From: Dehalococcoidia bacterium
Lineage (GTDB): Bacteria; Chloroflexota; Dehalococcoidia; SM23-28-2; RBG-16-64-32
Assembly: GCA_963665775.2 (NCBI GenBank)
Contig: CAXXTF010000001.1
Span: 768,001-832,000, forward strand
Length of the DNA: 64,000 nucleotides
Direction of reading: 5' to 3'
The notes under the pieces are model-generated. The model saw nothing but the letters and a program-made list of their open reading frames with translations. It was not told the origin of the DNA and made no database searches. How positions within the stretch are numbered: position 1 is the stretch's first letter; every line of letters begins with the position of its first letter. Position numbers and translations under genes: made by a program. Below, piece after piece: positions 1 through 10,682 of this stretch.

Positions 1-32
1 GCGAAGCCGTTTCCGCAGGCGGCCCGGGCGCC

Positions 33-746
33 ATGGTGTCAATCGGGGCGGCGTTCGTCATCGGCGCCGCGATGATCGTCCTGCCCTGCGGCTTCCCCTC
101 GGTGTTCGTGGTGCCCTCAATCCTGGGCTCCCGAAAGGGGCTGGCTCAGCGGAGTGTGCTGAGCGGGCTGTTCCTGCTCGGGAGCGCCCTACCTCTGGTC
201 GCGGTCGGTGTTGGCCTCGGCTTTGCCGGCGAGGCCGTGCTAGACGCGCTGAGCGAGCAATCGGCGAGGATGAGCTTCTCCGTCGGCCTCTACTCCGCTC
301 TGGGCATTTTGGCCATCGTCTACGCCCTGGGCGAGCTTGGGCTCTTCAATGTGCCCAGCCTTCTCGGCAGGATCACCGGACCCGACCTGTCTGACCAGGA
401 GAAGCCCTACCGGCGGGCGCTGGTGCTGGGGGGCACCTTCGGGGGCGGCCTGGGCATCGGCTGCCCCATGCCTACCTACTACATCCTGCTGGGCTGGGTG
501 GTGGTGGCGGGGGACCCGCTGTACGGGGCGATCCTGCTGGGGGTCTACGGTGTGGGCCGGCTGGTGCCGGCGGTGGCCCTCGGCGCCCTCATTACCGCAG
601 GGACGGACCGCCGCAAGGTGTCGCACGGGATGACCTCTTTCCGAGAGAGCACGAGCGGTCTGACCAACGGCATCCTCGGAGGCATGGGCTCCTACCTCAT
701 CGTACTATTCGGCGGCGTCGTCCTCTACCGAACGCTAACGTTGTAG
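33..746 (+). CDS. Cytochrome c biogenesis CcdA/DsbD-like transmembrane protein (may start before the window)
   Basis: Multiple TM helices with the two Cys motifs LPCGF and GCPMP typical of CcdA. Confidence 0.7.
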   Translation: MVSIGAAFVIGAAMIVLPCGFPSVFVVPSILGSRKGLAQRSVLSGLFLLGSALPLVAVGVGLGFAGEAVLDALSEQSARMSFSVGLYSALGILAIVYALGELGLFNVPSLLGRITGPDLSDQEKPYRRALVLGGTFGGGLGIGCPMPTYYILLGWVVVAGDPLYGAILLGVYGVGRLVPAVALGALITAGTDRRKVSHGMTSFRESTSGLTNGILGGMGSYLIVLFGGVVLYRTLTL

Positions 747-765
747 TCCCATATGCTAGGACGAT

Positions 766-850
766 GGCAGCCTAAAGTTCGTGAAGGTCGACAACGACGA
801 GAACGTCGACACCGCCGCTCCCTACGGTATGCGTAGCCTCGTCACACTAT
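766..850 (+). pseudogene. Thioredoxin internal fragment
   Basis: Translates GSLKFVKVDNDENVDTAAPYGMRSLVTL, matching the Trx KVDVDEN...YGIRSIPTL region; no WCGPC or start. Confidence 0.6.
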
Positions 851-977
851 GGCGCAATAGTGTCTTAACCTGGCGTATAATCCCTGATGGACGCAAGGCG
901 GCTGTGCCTGATCTGCCTGGCGCCTAGCCGGGTGCGAGTCGGTCCCGTGGCACCCCAGGACATCCGGGAATAAAGCG

Positions 978-2012
978 TTGCCTACTGCCAAGAACGTTCA
1001 TCTTCCGATGCCGAAGTCTTGGGACGAACTGGAAATTATCGTCTCGGACCTATTCAGCGAGTTTTGGAAGGATCCCTACACGCAAAGAAATGGGCGGTTG
1101 GGTCAGTCCCAGCAGGGGGTCGATATTTTCGGTCAACCAGACCAATCTAGTCGATGGGCCGGTGTACAGGTCAAGCACAAAGAGCCCGGCAGCAATGTCA
1201 CCGAGGAAGAGATACGTGCGGAAATAGCGAAGGCAGATAGCTTTAATCCCGCTCTCGATCGGTTCACAATTGTGACCACAGCTCCGAGCGATTCGGCAAT
1301 CCAAGAGGTGGCCAGGGCGATTACGGAGGAGCGCCGAGCAGTCGGTGATTTCGGTGTTCACGTGTGGGGTTGGGCGGAGGTCGAGCGTCGGCTCGCGGAT
1401 TACCCCCATCTCCTCAAAAAGCACTACTCCGAGTTCTATGAGCATGTCGACGTGGAAAAGGGCCAAGGCCGCGAACTCGAAGCTATGGCTGAGCGCGTGA
1501 GGGAAACCACTGCCAGCCGGGGCCGGGCCAAGGCCTTGGTGCGGATCAAGAACCCTGATTCAGGTCTGGTGGAGAACTGCTATGGTCGCATATCAGGCAT
1601 CATTTGGGAGATGACTAATACCGTGAACAATCAGTTGCAGGTCTGGGACTATCCCATGTACGAAGGAGATGATTTCTTCCTGCACTGGAGTGGTCATGGC
1701 TCAAGACATCACAACTTTCGCACCGAGGCGATTCTCGATGTTGCCACAATGGCGGCTGGTGATGCTGACTATGCCCTTGCAACGGTTGATTACGGCGGCC
1801 GGCCCGCGCGGCTCTCCGCAGGTCAAAGCTACCGCATCACACTGGAGATAGCAGCGGATAATGCCGCGCCGATCACTCGAACGTATCGGTTGTGCTTGAG
1901 TACTGATGCCATTGACTTGGGGACAGACGCTGGAGGGCAGCGCCTTTTCGGAATTGCGGACACAGCCGTCCCTCCCAATGTCGTATTTCAGGATGTCATA
2001 GATACGCTATGA
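978..2012 (+). CDS. PD-(D/E)xK restriction-endonuclease-like N-terminal domain fused to an unknown C-terminal domain
   Basis: SWDELE...NGRLGQSQQGVDIFG...GVQVK motif series; own TATAAT at 876-881. Confidence 0.7.
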   Translation: MPTAKNVHLPMPKSWDELEIIVSDLFSEFWKDPYTQRNGRLGQSQQGVDIFGQPDQSSRWAGVQVKHKEPGSNVTEEEIRAEIAKADSFNPALDRFTIVTTAPSDSAIQEVARAITEERRAVGDFGVHVWGWAEVERRLADYPHLLKKHYSEFYEHVDVEKGQGRELEAMAERVRETTASRGRAKALVRIKNPDSGLVENCYGRISGIIWEMTNTVNNQLQVWDYPMYEGDDFFLHWSGHGSRHHNFRTEAILDVATMAAGDADYALATVDYGGRPARLSAGQSYRITLEIAADNAAPITRTYRLCLSTDAIDLGTDAGGQRLFGIADTAVPPNVVFQDVIDTL

Positions 2013-2187
2013 CCTGATATTGATGTGATCGACAGCGCCCTCTTCTACCGCTACGGCATCTGCTTGCCAAACATCTTCCCCTAAGCGCTTTGCTTCGCGA
2101 CTGAGAGTCGGAGCAAAAGCACCAAAATTATCGGCTGTTCACAGGAATGATTTCGGGTAGAGTCCCACAACAGCCAGCATGGAGCCG

Positions 2188-2235
2188 GCTTTCATCTGCA
2201 ACCCGGATGGCACCCCCTTTGGCGTCGCCGATGAC
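2188..2235 (+). repeat. Direct repeat of coding segment 3398-3445
   Basis: TTCATCTGCAACCC(G/A)GATGGCACCCCCTTTGGCG at 2191-2224 and 3401-3434, 1 mismatch in 34 nt. Confidence 0.9.
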
Positions 2236-2680
2236 GAATCCGCTAGTGAACCGTGTAGCGCCACGCCGGGCCATTTTCGGGCGTGCGTGTGTGCGTGTCC
2301 TATTTGCGAGTGCGCAGAGGGCTTGACCGGTGTAACCTGATAACTGACAGGGCGCTGATCCCGTCCTTTCGCTACTGTCAGGCCCTCCCGCGCTGCTACT
2401 GACCCACGGCGCAGGAGGGCCAACTTCATCACAGCGAAGCGCAGTCAGCGGCCCAGGCTGCTAGCCACTCTCTGACAGGCGAGGTTTCGCTTAACCTCCG
2501 TCTCCTTGCAGGCGTTATTTCAGGAAAGAGCGGCACATGTCCTGAGGGCGAGTGAGCGTCGCCGCAAAGGGCCTCGCAAACGCCCTCAGTGCCCTGTATA
2601 ATCGGCGACGATTAACTAAGAAATATGAAACCCCCGGCCAAGTTGGCCACAGCCAACATCACGTACCAAGGGAGGGAAAG

Positions 2681-5600
2681 ATGACAGTAGCACCGCCAAG
2701 ATCTCACCTGGGAAGATTAGCCGCTGCCGTGGTAATTATGGGTGCCATCGCGGCTGGCCTCGCCGTATGGCAGGTAGCATTTGCGCATGCGCCGTTCAAC
2801 AACGTTCAACCGAATATTCAAGTGGACTTCAACGCGAGCCCGGGCGTCAGGTCCGCCTCGTCCGGCGGATTAGGCACAGACGTGTACGCTTCGGCGTAGA
2901 AGGGCTCCTCGGTGACCGTCTGTACCGCTAACAACCAGCGGATAGGCACCACCGGGACCCGCCACTTCCAGTATGACGACGGTTTCGATTGGAGTATCTC
3001 CGACCACAGTGGCGCTTCCACGAGCAACAGCGGTAATGATTTCAGTGCCGACGGCCTCCAGCTCTGTACGACTATCACTGACGACGTAGCCACGGGCGGC
3101 CATACCAGGGTCAACCTGTTGTCCGTTGACGATACGGCGGACACGACCACAACACCGTCAGCCGACGTGCGCATTTTCTGGCTGGACATCAACCACGTCC
3201 TCCACACCGGCGAGATTCTGGACGGCGACACGGCCATCAACAAGCCCAGCTCGCACCACCGCATCATCACCGACGGCTGGGACTTCGGGCGCCAAGACAT
3301 CTACTTTAACCCTGATTGGTCATTTTCCTTGAGCATCACGATCCCGGAGATCGTGAGCGCTCAACAGGATGTGGACGGTGATGGCGACCTTGACGACGCC
3401 TTCATCTGCAACCCAGATGGCACCCCCTTTGGCGGCGACAATCAACAGGCGCGGGCAGTGCAGAGTGCTAATGGCGGCGCCGCAGGAACGTTAGAGATCT
3501 GCGTGGACATCCATAGCGACGACGAGGGTACGGACAGAATCAGACTGGAGTTCGACTTCGGTGCCGGTCGTTGTAACGGAACTTGTAGCCCCATACTGGA
3601 CAGCTTTTCCAGCGAATCCATTCGTTCCAACTTCCTGTTCAAGGAGTGGACGCACACGCCGGTGGAGATCGTGCACGTGCAGAGCTTCCCGACCAACACC
3701 GACGGTCAGGTTACCCAACCCAGTCAATGCCGATCTAGAGTTAGAGGTAATCGATAGCCTGATCGACGTTAACGGCGACGGCGTCGTTGACGGCGATGAC
3801 GACGGCGACGTCTGCGGCGTGGCGGTCTTCAGCGGCGAGGTCGACATCAACGCCAGTGGAGACGTCAACAGCGCCGACGACGGCAGCGTGTGTGGAGTGA
3901 CGGTCATCAGCGGTCAGGTTGACATCAACGACGATGGAACCACCGACACCGACGACGACGGTACACTTTTTGGCAGTATGGTCGGACACGACCTGCTGAG
4001 CGTGGACTCAGATGGCGACGGCTTCCTGGACCCAGGGGACACGATCAATAACGACGACAACTGGAACATCATCGGCTCGGCGCACGTGGTGCGGACCAGT
4101 GGCTGGCAGCCGAACTTCGTGGTGGACAGCTGGGAGCTAACGCCGCAGTTCGGGGCCGTCATCACGGTGGTGGCCGGGCCGGCCAGCTGCCAGAACGTGC
4201 TGGCCGACGCCGATTTGCTGGGCGACCCCTTTTTCGCCTTCTTGGATCTGATCGACCAGGATTACGAGGATGCGATCGCCAACGAGCAGTGCATCGCGTT
4301 CATCTCCTCGCGGCCTGGGGAGACCCTGATCAGCCTGAGCTACCACGATGAGGGTGCGGTGGCTGACGGGAACGAGATCAACCAGCCGGACGACTCCGAG
4401 GTGAACGTGGTTGGCCCGCTCATCAAGGAGTGGAGCGAACTGGTGGACTCGGTGATCATCCGGGTGCCGGCGGCCGGCTTCCCGAGCAGCGTGAAGGACG
4501 GCGGCTTCAGCGGCGGGGCGAACAACCACATCGACGACATTGACTGGCAGCACAACAACGACATTCAGGGGACGACGATCACCTCCGATGTGGAGAGGGC
4601 GGTCAAGGTCATCGAGATCTCCCATGGCGAGCACCAGACGGCGTTCGGTCCGGCGGAGGGGATCGGGGTGAAGGTAGACCCGTTCGGAATCGCCCACGTG
4701 GACGTGGACAATGCGGAAGTGGAAGTGACCGTGACGAGCATCAACGGCGGCCTTTCCAAGTGCACCATTGCCACGGTGACCACCTCGCTGGGGTCAAATT
4801 CTACGCTCCTGACCAGTTCTTCGCCTGTCAATGGCCGCACGGGCAGCGTGACAGCGGGGGGCAAGACCCTGGATCACGGTGGCGCCCTGATCACGATCAG
4901 TGCCGGTGGTCCAGGACGTCGCTGTGAAGAGATCGTTGTGATAACGGTCACAGAGAAGTACCCCATCCCGGTGAGCTCCAAGTTCAACGAGGTTGTGTAG
5001 TGGTTCAAGGTGAACTGGACGACCAAGGAGATCTCCAAGCAGCCGCACGTCCGGAAGGCGGGCGAGGAGATCATCCTGGAGCACAAGTGGGGCACGCCGA
5101 GATTCAACATAATCACACAGGACTGGGTGTGCGACCTCGACAGGGGTGGCACGCTGGAGAAGGACACGCTGGTCGTCTACACCGAGTTGAGCGGTCCGGG
5201 CGCCTTGGTTGGAGGTTACGAGAACCTGGGCCAGAGCGACGGAGCCGATTTCATCCCGTCGCTCTTCGGCGGCGACGTGGCCATAGCGGAGGTTACGGTC
5301 GATGGTGACGAGGAAGACGAGGACGATGACCTAATTAACAGCCAGCGTTGCATCTCTCGCGCTCTATACTCCAGCGAAGACCCGGGTGAGGTGGACGTAG
5401 AGGCCGTCCTCTGCCCAGGCGACTGCGACGCAGGCGGCATGACCCAAATCGACCCACCGATGTTGCAGCTCATGGTTGAATCGGCAGTGAACGGTGACGG
5501 GGGCTCGGAGCTACTAGACAAGCACCCGTTCCTGGTCTTCTACGTGAAGATATACAGCGTGGAGGTAAGCCTGGTTCCGGGCGATCTGGTGTTCAGTTCC

Positions 5601-7520
5601 ACCAATAAGGCGAACACGGTGAACGATGGGTTCCAGGTGGACCCGAATGAGGCGAAGTGGAGCCCGACGCCGGACGTATATGAGCCCGGCACTGAGGGCG
5701 ATCTGCCCAGCACCGACGTACGGGACGAGACGCGGATCGTCTCCGACTACTCGCTGGTGCGGGTGAACATCAAGGATTGGGTGCGCACGGCCAACTCCAG
5801 CGGCCGTCCGGACATCTGTCTGGACATGGACGGCGATGGCGGCGGCGACCAGGATGCGGGCATCCCCTACACCAGGACCGCCGACGGCACGGCCGTCACG
5901 ACCCACGCGGGCTGTCCGGACGCTGACGACGAGCTGTTGGCGGGCGGCTACTGGCTGCTGCCTGACGACTGGCAGCGGATGGCCGGGCAGCAGCCTGAGC
6001 TGATACGAGCGGAGTGGGATGTCCTGTGTGGACCCGGTGACACCAGCTGCGGCGGTGCCGGCCTGATCGGCCCCAAGCGGATGGTGGACACCCACGACAG
6101 CAAGGTCAGGTCCTGGGTGCACTACACGACGGTGGTGGCGACATACAAGGTTATCAATGGCGGGATCGACATTAACGGCGACGGCGTGGTAGACGGGGCG
6201 GACGACGGCGTGGTCTGCGGCTTCCGGGTTATCGACGGCAGTGTGGACATCAGCGGCGGTGGAGGCGTCACCTCGTCCGACGACGGGACATTGACGGACT
6301 CCACAACGCAGGTGTACAAGTCGATTCTGTCCAACGGCAAGATCAACATCTGGGATGCCCCGATGCCGCTGGAGAAGGTATCGATCTGGATCGACGGCTC
6401 CGGCAAGCTGTTGGCGGTGGACAAGGATGCGATCTACCCGGCGGGCAACAACCCGTTCTACCAGGTGTTCATCCCGGGGAACGATCTCATACCGGCCCAG
6501 CCTGGCGGCTCTCCTGGCTACGACTGGGACAGCACGATCCAGGGGCCATACGAGTTCTGGCACGCTCTCCAGTGGCTGACGCTGGGGGAGCACGTACAGG
6601 TGTACAGCGATAACCGTGGTCAGGCGATGGCGCTGATCTACGGCGATGACAACCTGAGCTTTACAGACTGCGCCATCGATTCGATCACGGGCACGCCGGT
6701 GTGTGAGCCGGGGGATGTGGTGGGCGACACGACAGTGAGTGCGATCGTCGACTACCCCTACTTCCGCAAGCACCGGGACGTCGAGGGGAACACCGCGACG
6801 ATCACCTGGGAGTGGGCCGGCTACAAGCGGGTAACCGTGGAGCCGGTGGCGGGTGACCCCAACCACACGTACGTGGTGGCCCACCTGCTGGACCGAGACG
6901 GCGAGTGCATAGGAGAGAACCCGACCACAGCCCCCAAGAAGTGGGGAGCCGGGGTGTCTGACGTGAGGCTGGAGCCGGTACACTTCGAGGTTAGCGGTGA
7001 CGGCGTCATCATCGGGGCCGCCCTGGACGGCGGCATCCTTCCCACCCTGAAGCTGGCCGTCGCTCTGGCTGGCGCGGCGGAGGACTTCGGCGGTACGCTG
7101 CCGCGGGCCCACGCCGGCAGTGCGGACGAGTGCCAGGCCTACATCCTGGTGGAACACGGGCGAGATGCCACGGTTCAGGTGTCCATCGGCTTCAACGAGC
7201 CTGAAGGGCTGATCAGGATGTCAATAGAGTTCCCGCAGCAGGAAGTTATCTGGGGCGACATAGATAACGACGGCGATGTGGATGCGGTGGACGCCCTGAA
7301 GATCATGCAGTGGATCGTTGGTCTGCCGGTGGCGACTGATCCGGCGATCGGCGAGGAAGTAACTCTAGTGAATGGAGCGGTAGAGACGCCGGTGATCTGG
7401 GGTGACGTAGACCGAGACGGAGACATCGACTCCGTGGACGCCCTGGAGATCCTGCAGTTCATAGTTGACGGGACGTCGGACACCGATCCGGCGATCGGCG
7501 ACACGGTGACGATCATCTAG
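2681..7520 (+). pseudogene. Giant secreted acidic surface protein (~1600 aa) with DxNxDG Ca-binding repeats and C-terminal dockerin; interrupted by two in-frame TAGs and one frameshift
   Basis: RBS plus ATG 2681 and signal peptide ending AFA; TAG 2897-2899 and 4998-5000 in frame with the next ORFs; frame change near 3710; two WGD(I/V)DxDGD(V/I)DxVDALxIxQ dockerin repeats. Confidence 0.8.
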
Positions 7521-7550
7521 GTTGAGCTACAGAAGGAGGGTAAACGGGAG

Positions 7551-8225
7551 ATGATAAAGACATTGGTAGAGCGCAGGGGGTCCTGGCTAGCGTTGCTAGC
7601 CGGGGCCACCCTGCTGGCCCTGGCCGGCTGGCTGGCGGTGACGGGACTGGCCCGGGCGGACGTGAGCTCGCTGGGTATAGGCTCGGCGACGGTAGAGCCC
7701 GGGGACGAGGTGACGCTGAACGTAAGCGCGGTGGCGACTGACCCTGGGGTCGGGGCCTACACGGTGGACGTGGTGTACGACGGCTCGCTGGTGGACGCCA
7801 CGGCGTGCACGTCAGCGGCTGGTGTGTGCAGCATAGACACGGTAGGGATCAACACGGTGCGGCTGACCGGCGGCTTCGCTGCTGGGTCCTCTGGGGATGT
7901 GGGCCTGGGCTCGATCACCTTCAGTGCCGGAGCGACAGAGGGCACGGCGGCGCTGACGGTGAGCATCGTGACGTTGGCTGACCCGGAGGGTGCCGACATC
8001 CTCGTGTCGCCGACAGACGGCAGCATCGCCATCGTGGCGCCTGCGGCGACGCCGACGTCGGAGCCCACGGCAGAGCCGACGCCGACGCCGGGCGGGCTAC
8101 CGCCCACCGGTGGCAGTCCGGCAGGCGGGACTGGTTCGGCGGGCTGGCTGTTGGCCGGGATGATCGGGCTGGGGCTGGCCGCGCTGGGAAGCGGCGCCTG
8201 GGCCGTGGCGCGGATGCGCCGGTAG
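7551..8225 (+). CDS. Cohesin-domain protein with signal peptide, Pro/Thr linker and LPPTG sorting signal
   Basis: beta-rich GAYTVDVVYD...LGSITF cohesin-like core; LPPTGG plus hydrophobic helix plus RMRR tail; AGGAGG RBS. Confidence 0.8.
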   Translation: MIKTLVERRGSWLALLAGATLLALAGWLAVTGLARADVSSLGIGSATVEPGDEVTLNVSAVATDPGVGAYTVDVVYDGSLVDATACTSAAGVCSIDTVGINTVRLTGGFAAGSSGDVGLGSITFSAGATEGTAALTVSIVTLADPEGADILVSPTDGSIAIVAPAATPTSEPTAEPTPTPGGLPPTGGSPAGGTGSAGWLLAGMIGLGLAALGSGAWAVARMRR

Positions 8226-8262
8226 ATAGCGCCAGCGACAGAGGAAGTTAGGCTTTAGCGAA

Positions 8263-8289
8263 AGGGGCCCCGGTTACCCCGGGGCCCCT
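8263..8289 (+). terminator. GC hairpin after the dockerin-cohesin operon
   Basis: AGGGGCCCCGG-ttacc-CCGGGGCCCCT perfect 11-bp stem; weak U-tract. Confidence 0.6.
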
Positions 8290-8377
8290 GGGCATTTGGA
8301 AGCAGCATCCTACTCATGGCTCCTAGAGACTCTGACTGGACAGGATCAACTCTCTGGCTGAAGGGCGTGTCGCCCCT

Positions 8378-8400
8378 GCACACGATCCACACTTAGTGTG
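8378..8400. repeat. Dispersed imperfect palindrome ACACKAT-N6-WTAGTGT
   Basis: GCACACGATCCACACTTAGTGTG; 21/23 identical to 14057-14079. Confidence 0.75.
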
Positions 8401-8755
8401 TGTGTCGGCTCCTATTCGTATTCAGATTCGATAAGGTGCCCATCTTCATATGGCTGCTAGGGCTCTAGAGTTCCATCCAGCGGATGTAATCCGCCAGATC
8501 CACCAGCCATAAAACACTTTTCGCCGTTTCGCCGCCTACGCCAGCATTGATCGACTGGGACAGCAAGCAACCAGCCCAGCGGGACGCACCTGAAACTGAC
8601 ATCGCGTGCCCGCGTTCTACATAGCATGATAGGTGCTGTCATCATCCGGAGGCCTTCATGACTGAGGCCACACGCCAGTCGTTCCTCGTCGACCGGATGA
8701 TCCTGGCTGCCATGCTCTACGAAGAAGTGGAGCGTAGTCAGAGGGATCGCAACAA

Positions 8756-10222
8756 TTGAAACTGGGCAAGGACAGCGGGTTCCTGTTCCTAGCGCTGCTG
8801 GCGGTGCTGTTTCTTTGGCTCTTGCTGGACCGTGCTAGGCCCAGGCTGGAGCGGCGGGAAGCCGGGATGGCGAGGCCAGAGCCAGCGCGAGCAGGCCCGG
8901 GAAAGCGCCGGACAAGAGTGCGCAGGCTGGCCCTGGGCCTGGGCACGCTGGTGGCCGCCCTGACAGCCACGGCGGGGACGCTGGCCCTGGTCTCCGCCGT
9001 CGCCAGCCCAGCGGGCGAGCCGGCAGCGGCGCTCTCGCCGACGCTCACCCCCATCCCGACCCGGTCCCCCATCCCGCTAGCGCCCGGTCCGGCGAACGCA
9101 CCGACCCTGGTGACCGCTGGCGGCGACCAGCCGATCGGACCGCAGGCGGCGCCAACCCTGGGAGACATCGCGGAGAACGTGGACCCCTCCACCGAGTTCC
9201 TGGCCCTGAGGGACACTCTGGCCGGACAGATCGAGGCCTACCGAGCGCTCGCTGGCGACATTGAGGTGGCGATAGCGGTGACGGACCTGCAAACCGACCA
9301 GACCATCTCGATTAGCGGGAACGTCGCCCAGCGCACCGGCTGCACGATCAACATGTTCGCCCTGTTCGCGGCCGTGGATGAGTTCCAGGCGGGTCGGGCC
9401 AGCCCTTCGCCCGTCGCCTACAATATCGCCGTCGGCATCGGCCACAGCTATCCACCGCAGGTGAAGCAGCTGCTCGATACGGTGTTCGGCTCGCACTGGA
9501 CGGGCGTTGCGCAGGCCGGCGAGATGATGCGCTCCTGGGGGATGGAGGCGTCCATATTCGATCACCTCCCCTACTATGGGGACGGCAGCCAGAACAACCT
9601 GCTCACCGCCCTGGAGACAAACGCCGTCCTTACGAGGCTCTACCGCGGCGAGATGTTCGAGCCGGAGTGGACAGCTTACACGCTCTCACGTCTACGGGAG
9701 ATCAAGCCGGGGCTCAACTATATGCTGCCTGGTCGGCTGCCCTCGGCCGCCACGGTGGCCCACAAAATCGGCTACTACTGGGATACGGATGGCTGGGTGA
9801 ACAACGATGCCGGGCTCGTGACCTTCACAGGCGCCGACGGTGAGGAGAAATCATACGCCATCACTTACCTTTCACAGCGGGCGCGAACGGAGGCGACCGG
9901 ATACGCCTTCGGGAGCTGGCTCTCGGGCATCGTCTGGGATTGGTTCGACGCCACCTACCGGCTGGAAACGGAGCCCTCGACCCCGCCGCCACCACCACCA
10001 CCACCTGCGCCCCGTCCACCGGCGCCGCTGCCCGCGCCATCCCCGACACTTACTCCGGAGCAGAGCCGATCGACCCCGCCGGCGCCCTCGCCGACGCCAT
10101 CGCCGGCGCCCGAGCCGAGCGCCACACCGACGCTTCCTGCTACGCCGTCGCCAGCGCCGGAGCCCACCCCGGCGGCCACACCCACGCCCCGGCCAGCGCC
10201 GTCCGCAGATCTGGAGCGCTAG
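8756..10222 (+). CDS. Membrane-anchored class A beta-lactamase-like (serine hydrolase fold) protein with Pro-rich tail
   Basis: VAIAVTDLQT, VAHKIG, NDAGLV motifs; SxxK position reads CTIN. Confidence 0.75.
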   Translation: MKLGKDSGFLFLALLAVLFLWLLLDRARPRLERREAGMARPEPARAGPGKRRTRVRRLALGLGTLVAALTATAGTLALVSAVASPAGEPAAALSPTLTPIPTRSPIPLAPGPANAPTLVTAGGDQPIGPQAAPTLGDIAENVDPSTEFLALRDTLAGQIEAYRALAGDIEVAIAVTDLQTDQTISISGNVAQRTGCTINMFALFAAVDEFQAGRASPSPVAYNIAVGIGHSYPPQVKQLLDTVFGSHWTGVAQAGEMMRSWGMEASIFDHLPYYGDGSQNNLLTALETNAVLTRLYRGEMFEPEWTAYTLSRLREIKPGLNYMLPGRLPSAATVAHKIGYYWDTDGWVNNDAGLVTFTGADGEEKSYAITYLSQRARTEATGYAFGSWLSGIVWDWFDATYRLETEPSTPPPPPPPPAPRPPAPLPAPSPTLTPEQSRSTPPAPSPTPSPAPEPSATPTLPATPSPAPEPTPAATPTPRPAPSADLER

Positions 10223-10295
10223 GCCGGGGGCGACCGCACGCTCGTGATGACCGGCGAGATGTTCTCGAGCGTCAACGTGGCATGACCCTCTAAGA

Positions 10296-10676
10296 GTGAC
10301 GGCTCAGGCGCACACGATGCAGACATGGTGTGCGTCCATCCCGCCCTCTCGACGCGCCTTGACATATTGCAACGAACCATCAACAATTACCTCACGTCTA
10401 CGCGCGGCAAAGGGGGCGCATAGAGTGGCCTCGGGCCTAGAGCTCATCTGGGGATTCGCCTTCATCGGCACAGTCGCAGCCGTCTCAGCATTGCTTCCGA
10501 TCGTCGCCGCCAGCTGGCGCTCCGTCCATGACACTCCTCAGGCGAGAGACCCAACTGTTACACCGGTCCCTGACCCTCTGAAGGTCCCTCAACGCAGCGA
10601 ATCCACGCTGACGTTCACGATTACAACTACCTGTGGCACCCCCACATCCGACGCCTGCATGGCCGACAAGGAGTAA
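10296..10676 (+). CDS. Possible small membrane protein
   Basis: One hydrophobic segment; stop codon adjoins the RBS of the next gene. Confidence 0.25.
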   Translation: MTAQAHTMQTWCASIPPSRRALTYCNEPSTITSRLRAAKGAHRVASGLELIWGFAFIGTVAAVSALLPIVAASWRSVHDTPQARDPTVTPVPDPLKVPQRSESTLTFTITTTCGTPTSDACMADKE

Positions 10677-10682
10677 TCGCTG

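Noticed and set aside
2188-3445. Diversity-generating retroelement TR/VR pair
   Set aside because: The repeat is too short, the adenines are in the coding copy, some mismatches are not at A, and there is no reverse transcriptase in the window
5514-7157. Long antisense ORFs (also 11245-12507, 28013-29056, 51779-52885)
   Set aside because: Shadow frames of GC-rich genes with no recognisable motifs
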